A stretch of 58,047 nucleotides of DNA, counting the filler, from Sphacelaria rigidula (Eukaryota), in the NCBI GenBank assembly GCA_964200075.2. It is 6 parts of 6 records of this genome, joined end to end, with 100 filler letters (N's around TTAATTAATTAA, not from the genome) between each part and the next. Parts side by side here need not be neighbours in the genome. Positions count along the whole stretch, not along the records: positions 48,459 to 58,047 come from CAXNAA020008140.1; 5 more parts are not named here. One strand, written 5' to 3'. Positions within the stretch are counted from its first letter, which is position 1, and the number at the start of each line of letters is the position of its first letter. This document shows positions 49,985-58,047 of this stretch, one piece after another. Below the pieces are notes generated by a model. That model made no database searches. It was not told where the DNA came from and worked only from the letters and a program-made list of their open reading frames with translations. Position numbers and translations under genes: made by a program.

Positions 49985-51286
49985 CCGCCCGTATCTATTT
50001 AGGGCCTGTATCTGTTTAGGGCTCGTTCTAGATGCCACTCACTCCCTGTAATCTCGTACACATGAGCAAAAGCTGGACCATACTCCGGGACACCCGAAAA
50101 TATTTACGAATCGTGCACACAAACAACGCTGTTTCGCGAGCCCTTGTTGTTGGTACAGCACGGTTTACATATCTCGATGCGCGCGTGGTGGTGACAGGAA
50201 AATAGTGTACAGTATATTTTTGTGTGTGTGCTTCGCTAAATTAGCGTGCATCATAACACGTAAACGACGAAGAAATTAGAGACCTGTTGAAAAAAAAAAG
50301 TAGAACGATACTGAATATATAACCAAATATCAAAAAATATATTCATGTATATTAACAAGAACAAATAGTAACTAACCAACTTGCTTGAAACCACCCTGAA
50401 AATCTACCCCCCAAAGCCTTTCTCTGCTGCAGATTGTTTCTATGTTTGCCTTCGTGGCTAGGCACAGGTGTTATGCGTTGACGATGTATTGGGGTGTTGT
50501 TGCATTCCACGTATTACTGTGGAGCAAGGCGGGGATTAGGACCGTGTATAGCGCGAATCACAGAAGCGCAGGGGTGATTCGCTAGAGGCCCTACGATTAT
50601 GACAACAACAAGTAGGGAGAGCGGGGGACAAAGTGAGACAAATGTATTTCCGAAGTCGAGGGTGATAGAAATAAGGCGGTTGGAGGGGGGGGGGGGGAAA
50701 CAAGGGCGTAAAGAGAAGGTCGCTCAACGCCCAAACGATTGCCCGCACTTCTGTTTCTTTTCCCTATGCCTACAGACGGTACGCAGACGGAGTTGCTTTT
50801 TTTGTTGTTCCCTACCAAATATTTTCTCACACACACTATCTCGAATTTTCGAAGCAATATTTTCACTTTTCCGAAGTTACAGTTTGCTTCTGCATGTTGT
50901 AGAGATCGGCAGCTATTTGATGTGTGCGTCGGATGTATGTACCGCGGACACAGGATACGACGACAAATAAAACAGCCAAGTGCAACAATGAAGGGGGGAT
51001 CCCACCGATGTGCAGAATATGATCGACGGTTGTGTTTAGTGTTGTTGGACCAAACGAAAACGGTCACTTGCTGTGTGCGGTTTCGTCATTCGAAATAGTT
51101 TCGCTTCTCATTTCTTCTTGTTCCCGTTCATCTCGCCTGTTGTGCGGCAGAGATATAGTGTAGCAATATCCATTTCTGAATAGAAGCAGACGGATTAACG
51201 TCGATGTTGTGAGCGTTCGCAGGGTATTTTACAACAGCATACATAGATTGGGAGTCTTGATCGGTTTTTAATACTGGCGGTTGGCC

Positions 51287-51716
51287 TATAACACGGGATT
51301 TTACTAATTGGGGATGGATCTTTTATCGGGGATGAAAACCCGGAGAATGAAAGTCTTCGTATCCACAACAAATCTGCGAAGTATGCTTCCATTTCTTCAC
51401 TTACTGATAGCTATTGACAACTACTACACGCCATACCAATTTGGATTTCGATAAACGAAATGTCGGGGTCCTAGGTGGAAGACCAACTTTGGGAGATTTC
51501 GGAGGTATTAGATCTCCAAAAATTGTTTTTTCACCTAGGCCCCGACATTTCGGTTATCGAAATCCGAATTGGTATGCATGTAGTAGTTGTCAATAGCTAC
51601 CAGCAAGTGAAGAAATGTATACTTCGAAGATTGGGTGTGGGTACGAAGATTTTAGTTCTCCGGGTTCTCGTCCCCAATAAAAGATCCATCCCCAATTTGT
51701 AAAATCCCGAGTTCTA
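51287..51716. mobile_element. ~430-bp near-complete palindrome (foldback MITE)
   Basis: Arms pair throughout (CGGGATTTTAC/GTAAAATCCCG, TAGCTATTGACAACTACTACA/TGTAGTAGTTGTCAATAGCTA, CGAAATGTCGGGG/CCCCGACATTTCG). TA is present at both outer edges. Confidence 0.9.
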
Positions 51717-51940
51717 TGGACGACACGCGGTCCCCCCGAACGCTACCTAAGGTCAGCAGCTAAGTGCTGGACAACGATACCACGACAGTCTTGCCTCATT
51801 GTGCAGCTTCCACCTTCCACCTACTACAGGGTGGGGATATCCATCTAGGATATTCATCTGGGATATGCATATGCGACGTCAGATCCATCTGAAATAGTAT
51901 CCATCTGGGACACGGATGTTCGTCCGGGATATCAGTTATA

Positions 51941-52703
51941 AAGAGGCGAACGTGTGACCTCAGAGCCAGTCAAAGCCAATTTTTCGCCTTTTTAACCTGA
52001 AGATAAGGTTTGCGATTCTTTCCGTCTTGAACGAAATCAGCAGCTGTCTCGGACGCCGTTTGACCATTGAGCCTCTCGCAAACCCCACCGTTCACGAGTC
52101 AAGTTTCATCAACAAGCTGATCACGGCTGGATTCGAACCCCAACTCTTGTGCTTAGGAAGAGACCGCTTTGAACACTTGAAAGTGAGCGCTCACTGAATG
52201 GTCGAATTGATACCTCCTTGATCACAAGAACCGGGGTTCCAAACCCGGCATGGTCAATATGTTGATGGGGTTTTACTTGTGTACGGTGGGGCTTACGAGA
52301 GGCTCAATGATCGAAGGGCTCCGGAGACCACTGAGTTGTTCAAACCGCGATGGACCACAAGCACGTCTTCGGTTAAGAAGGCGAACATTTGAGTGATGCT
52401 ACGGTAGGGGTACAGAAATAATTTCTGAGGTTAAAATTGTTAGGAGCTCCTTATCTCATCCAAAACACGACTTATGAAGATATGCGAGAGTAAGCCAGGA
52501 TTACTATTTCAATGTGCTGGGGATATCCCGAATGAATATGCAAACGGGGATACCCTGACCCATATTCTTGTGCATCTTGAATTGTTAAGAGCCCCTGAAC
52601 CAGACAAAATTTCGCAAAAAAAGTGCACCCCTACCGTGGCATTGCTCATTTGATCTTTGGAGCAATGTGCGCTCATTGCTTTAAAAGTGAGGCGTTCGCC
52701 CTT
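51941..52703. mobile_element. Palindromic element with two divergent tRNA-like B boxes
   Basis: Centre AGTGAGCGCTCACT (52182-95); arms pair out to AAGAGGCGAACG / CGTTCGCCCTT. GGTTCGAATCC on minus (52129-39) and GGTTCCAAACC on plus (52235-45). Confidence 0.75.
52391..52647. mobile_element. 257-bp MITE inserted in the right arm of the palindrome
   Basis: ATTT|GAGTGATGCTACGGTAGGGGT ... ACCCCTACCGTGGCATTGCTC|ATTT. Confidence 0.8.
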
Positions 52704-54349
52704 GCAAGAATACCTGCATCTAGGGTTTCGTACACTCTGCTTCCGAGATGTCCATCTGAGATGCTCATCTGAGATGTCATGAACGTAAAACGTATGTCTG
52801 GAAGACCTAACCCCCGTTTTTATTCACGTTGGAGTGATTTTTACGGGAGGGATTTACTTGTTAGTCCAAAAGCTTTCCAAGGCTGAACACTAAGGCCCAT
52901 ACGTTTGTCATCGAAAGGTTCCTCAAGTGCAGAGCCTCAGAAAAAAATTGAGCACCCCTACCGTAAAACCACTCGTTGGGTACGTCAATGTTGCGATCAC
53001 GGTTGGATTCCTTGGAAATCACTTCGTGTGCAATAATCTGGATATCAATTAACCAATCGATAGCGCTCTAGGGATTTTCTACTCGAAATATGCACATCTG
53101 GGATCCCACATTCCGCTGGGATGTCCATCTGGAATATGCACCTGGGACATCCTAAATCCAAGGGGGCGTCTACACAGGATCTACACAGCATAGTATAATA
53201 CGGCATGCCAGATCGAACTGAGATATCCATTGGACATGTTGACGTACATTGGGGACGTCCATGCGGGATAAGGCGTCTATCTGAAATATCCACTGCGAGT
53301 CGTCCACGCCGACCTCAAGTTCATCAGTTAGATCCACGCATAGCTACTGCTTCTAAGTAGTGGTTGTTTTTGTACTGACCAGATATTGTGTAAAATCTTG
53401 GGGTGTAGGTAAAGACAGCGAAAGTAAGGCTCTAGTTTGGCGCTGATACAGGGATTTAATCCAAACCCGCGCGGATGTCCAAACCGCATCCTGACATCCA
53501 AGGTATACGTGCCAGTAGAATGTACTAGATGGATATGCGTATCTCAGGTAGAGATTCATCCGAGATACCCCAGACTTGGACAGATACCGCGAATAGATTT
53601 GAAATGCCAGATGGACATCCTGGAAAAGACGAGACAGACAAATATCTAAATCCTATATTGATGTTCCCGAAGGATATCCCAGAAAATATATTCCACGATA
53701 TCCCAGATGTGGAACATCTCAGACAGATATTCATATCCCAGGTGGATATCCTCGATGTATGCGGATATGTCATATGGATATCCTAAATGTATATGGATAT
53801 TCCAGATAGATATCCGAATCACGGATGGGTATCCACATCGTAGGTGGATATCCTAAATGAATAGCCGACAGATATCCCAGATGGATATCCACATTCCAGA
53901 TGGAATTTATACGACAACGAGGGTCTTCAGTTTATACCCGTATGCAAGGGCATAACGAATGAGTGGGTGGCGCTCTATCTGCAGTTCATGCCATGAGGCC
54001 AGAAGACAGTTTCACGTTTCTACAGAGGATTAGGCGTTTTTCAAGATTTCAGACCCTCTGGCCTTGTTCACCAACCCGTAGATGTGTTGTCTGTCGCAGA
54101 TCCATAGATGCCGTCGCTCCTACCCCCGCCCCAAGGCAATAACGCCTGATTGTGATTCGTGACTAATGCGCTTAATACTTCTCGGCCTCCACCTCGTTTA
54201 TTCATCCCTTTGAAGTACGTTGGATCAATACACTGCGCTGGTTACGAGAGGGAACTTCGAACGAGAATGAACAGGTGACTACCAACGTGAGTCTGAGCTT
54301 CTTGTCTGGCCAGCAAGCTCAGGACGGATACCTATCGCGTGAGGAGCTC

Positions 54350-57300
54350 ACGAGAGCAGCTTCTTCCCGACGCACTACCGTGAACATTCCAGCTTCATAT
54401 CCACGTGTCTCGTGCACCCGTTGATACCGGTGACTGTAGCCGCCTGGATAGCGCCACGATTGTCGTACAACCACAGGGTCGTGTCCTGTGGAAGTCCCAT
54501 CTCTTCCAGAATACCCCGAATGAATATGCAATGACGCATACCCTGTACCATGGCCGTCCATTCCGCTTCTGAAGAAGGAAGAGTTACGGAGGTCTGTAGT
54601 ATGGATTGCCATACTATCGGAAACTTGTTTTTTGCAGGAGGTAGCCCGTGACACTTCTGCGTGTTTCGGCATCGTTCGCCCAGTCCGAGTCCGCATAGCC
54701 CACAAATGCCTTCTTGGTCTTCACGCTGCTCACATCATATCGTAGGCAGATGTCAAGCGTACCAGCTAGGTAGCAGAGAACGTGTTGTAGTCCTCGCCAG
54801 TGTCGTAGACAGGGACCGGCGGTCCGGCGCCCTAGCTCTCGGACACTGTTGGAGAGGTCCGGTCGTGTCATCCCTGCGAGGAACATTAATTTTCCGAGAA
54901 TCCTTGCGTACGGGAACTGGGAGGAGTCCAGCTCCCCTTCACCTTCTTTCCGCTCGGACAGATCCATCCCCGGGTCGAGGGGCGTATAGGTTTTCCGCAC
55001 TTGTATCGAGCCCACTTCTTCAACGACGATGCTCTCGGCATAGGCGCGTTGGTCGAGAGTGATGCTGTCATGGACCACAGTGAACCTGACGCCGAGAAGC
55101 TTGTCGGGCACATTCAGATCCAGACCCTTGGATCTCGCCAAGAGGCATGCCTACATGCTGCGCTGAATTTCTTCCGTGTAGTCACCCGAGAACAGGAGGT
55201 CATCCACGTTCGTGACTAGGATAGCGACACGCCCGTCTTCGGCCTGACGGGAGTAGAAGCATTCATCATAGTGGCTGCTGTGCCAGTCTTCGGCGAGTAT
55301 TGTGCTCCTCAGTTCCTTGAACCATCGTAAGCGGACTGCTTTAAGCCATAAATAGCCTTATCCGCCTTGACCACGCTCTTGTCGGGCAACTGTAGCCAGA
55401 CGTCTTCAGGAGCGGCGCATTCAAATATGCCGGCGTGAAATCCAGCATTCCGACCCTCCATTTGTGCAGAGCAGCTGTCGCCAGGACAGTGCGCATGACG
55501 TCGAAGCCTACGACCGGGCTGACCGTTTCGATGAAGTCGATTCCCTTGCGCTGAGTGAATCCGCGAGACACGAGTCGGGTCTTATACCTCTCTACTGTTC
55601 CGTCGGTCGTGCGCTTCATATTATATATAATTCGTGTCTTGACTGGTGTCTCGTCGTGCGGTAGAGGTTCTTCGGTGAACGTTCCTTGATCCCAGAGGCC
55701 TTCCATTTAATCTTCCATGGCCGCTTTCCATCTGTCGGCGTCGGGCCCTGCCAGGGCTTCCGTCGTGGTCGAGGGTTCTTGTGGTCCTGTGGCAATTTCG
55801 CCGACCAATCCGAGCATGCAGAATGCGTGTTCGTGTTCGTCTTGATTTTGTAGAAGGGCGGCGAGGAAATTTCCGTCGTCGGAGCTGCTGCCGTCAGAAC
55901 TCTCAGAGCTTTTCTGTGTGTTTTCCCCCTGACGCCGTTGCGCCAGTCGAGTGGACCCGCGCAGTCCACTGTCCGAAGAAGAGCGCTTTGATGATGTCGG
56001 GTCCTGTGGTGGCTGTCCACCCGGGCCATCATCGCCGTCGATCGGCGCTGCTTCCTCTTCTTCCGATGGCTCGTCTTCGCCGTCACTGAGTTCGACCGTC
56101 TTCAGCTCCCCCACGATGTCTAGGATCTTGGCCTCTGATTCAAACGTGATGTGTGAAGACTTGACGAGCTTTGATTCCTGTATCAGCTATACATACCAGC
56201 AGAGAGAGTGCCGATCGTGCCCCACCAAGATGCCCCGCTTCGCATATGGGTGGAATTTTGCAGCGGCGGGGCGTTGCTGCTTGTGCTGATGCACGAAACA
56301 CTCCGATTCCCAAGTACGAAGCCGGTCGTAGTTGAAAAGCTTTCCTGTCAGCGTCTCACATGGGGTCTCGTCCCCGAGGTACTCGTGGGGCATCCCTGTG
56401 GTCTTGAATGCCGCGTCTGCCGCAGCGAAGTACCAGTAGTCTTCTCTGCGTCCCGCTTTCACCAGTTGGCTGCGTACCATCCTCATCAGTTGTTGAATTG
56501 CACGTTCAGCAATTCCATTACTTTGCGGCCTCCTTGGCGGTGAGTTGCGCCATTTGATAACGCGATTGGTCAGCATGCGTTGAAATTTGACTGACTGTCC
56601 AAGTTCCCCAGCGCCGTCTCCGCTGATGCATTTGATGGCCACTCCCTCACTGGCCATTTCGTCGATGTAGGCTCTCGTGGCGTCAGTGGCCGCATCTCGT
56701 GTCTTGAGTCCAGCAACGTGCTTGTCTCGACTGACCTTGTCCACGAAAACCTTAAAGTATTTCATGCCCGTGACATCGGCGTGGAAAGGGCCTTCAGGAT
56801 CAGTGTGCACAACTTCACCTGGTGCTTTGGGACTCCTGTCGCGGCGGCCGTACCTGAGCGCCTCGGACTTGAATTCCTTGCAGACGCTGCAGCGCATCTC
56901 AGACGCCACCGTGGTATCAGTGACATCGATCAGCCCACGCTTCTCAAGGTGTTTTGTGGCAGCCGGATCGATGTGTCCTAAGGGGTCGTGCCACTCCTTC
57001 AATGCGAGGCGCTGCTTCTTGTTTGCGAACGAAGCGTGCGCCGACGCCGCATGTTTTCCATCCCCCTGCAGCGATGCCGACAGGGTCAGGAACCCTCTAT
57101 TCTCGGCTATGGGGATCTTCGGTCCATCCTTTCTGAACCGGAGGTAAATCTCCTTCCTGCCGAAATCCATGAATTCTCCTCCGTCACGCCGAATCGTTCC
57201 GGTACTCAGCAGCCGGCAAGGTAGTCCAGGGACCCAAAGTACGTCTTTCAGTGTGGCCTTTGCCGAAGCCACCTTGCCCCGAGCATTCACGTGCAACGGT

Positions 57301-57590
57301 ATCTCTCCCAACGTCAGTGCCTGCAGCTGTCCCTTGTTCCCAAATGTACAGCTTCGATCGATCGTACGTGTATTGCTGGGATCTTGTTTCCAGGGAGTCA
57401 TGTGGACATTCGCTCCCGAGTCGCAGAGAATCGACAGCTCTGTGTCACTGTTGGTCGACGTGCACATGGATACTGCTCGCTCGTCTTCGACTACCACGTT
57501 CATCGTCATGAATGCCTGCGGTCTGTCCCTCGCGACGAGTCCGTGGTCTCAAGAGATGAGCCCCCCGGCCCCGCCGTGCACGCCTTAAAT
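54350..57590 (-). mobile_element. Degenerate Ty1/Copia pol (protease-integrase-RT-RNase H); gag and LTRs not seen
   Basis: Protease ILCDSGANVHMT; WHDPLGH..CSVC zinc motif; integrase SGDGAGEL and PQSNGIAER; RT RYKTRLVSRGFTQRKGIDF and TRPDLS; RNase H GYADSDWANDAETRRSVTGY, continuing after a frameshift to SSEAEW, DNRGAI and TRHVDMK. Domain order is Copia-type, with several stops and frameshifts. Confidence 0.95.
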
Positions 57591-58047
57591 TTTGGGATCG
57601 TGGAGTGGATCATGACTATCACTGCCGCACCGCACTTACTGTCGTTTAGCAAAGTCGAGTGATGCTACGATATAGGGGTGTAAATGTTTCATTGCATAAA
57701 AAATGCGGGGTTTACAGGTGTGTCAGACGACGCAAATACTCGCGGTGGGTTTGTATTTGGGCAAAAACGGTGCCAAGTGGTATGAATTGTAAGTGTGTGC
57801 TTTATTGGCAATCAGCGTGTTCGAAATAAAGTGGCTGCTTTCGAAGACGATTCAAGGTGGAATTTCGTGACAGAAATGGCCAAAAACTCCCCTCCCCCGT
57901 ATCATAGAATCACTCATTTAGTCAGCGAAGCAGAATCCCTTTGCTATTTACACACTCACGCGTTCAAGAATGGAAATCAGGCACTCCTGAGGGGAAAACG
58001 ACTTGTGGCGAAATCACGCCGTCACGGTTGAGTATATAGTGGATCCT

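Larger units (their letters stand above)
51835..53905. repeat. Degenerate GGATATCC/CATCTGG minisatellite blocks in inverted arrangement, with nested insertions
   Basis: Blocks at ~51835-51935, 52740-52780 and 53040-53300 read CCATCTGGGATAT. Block 53520-53905 reads the complement ATATCCCAGATGG. Confidence 0.7.

Overview
This is not one continuous locus. It is six unrelated ~9.59-kb eukaryotic contigs (1-9593, 9694-19286, 19387-28978, 29079-38669, 38770-48358, 48459-58047) joined by 100-bp N/TTAATTAATTAA linkers. Short GC-rich exons, kb-scale introns and the repeat types suggest a stramenopile, probably a brown alga (inference). Supported genes are partial spliced models for a Pif1-family helicase (contig 2), a three-repeat MYB factor (contig 3) and mitochondrial ribosomal protein L47/uL29m (contig 4), plus a few orphan exons. 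The rest is mostly repeats: a decayed Gypsy element with a 3' LTR, a degenerate Copia pol, LINE/SINE fragments and many non-autonomous DNA elements (hAT-like with 8-bp TSDs, piggyBac-like with TTAA, Ginger-like TGT..ACA with telomeric repeats, long foldbacks), several of them nested. The most striking structure is a >5.4-kb hierarchical satellite. It has 63-bp monomers plus a 31-bp half-unit, arranged in 346-, 472- and 630-bp higher-order repeats and a 1448-bp super-unit, all near multiples of 10.5 bp. No CRISPR array, RNA-guided nuclease or prokaryote-type system was found.
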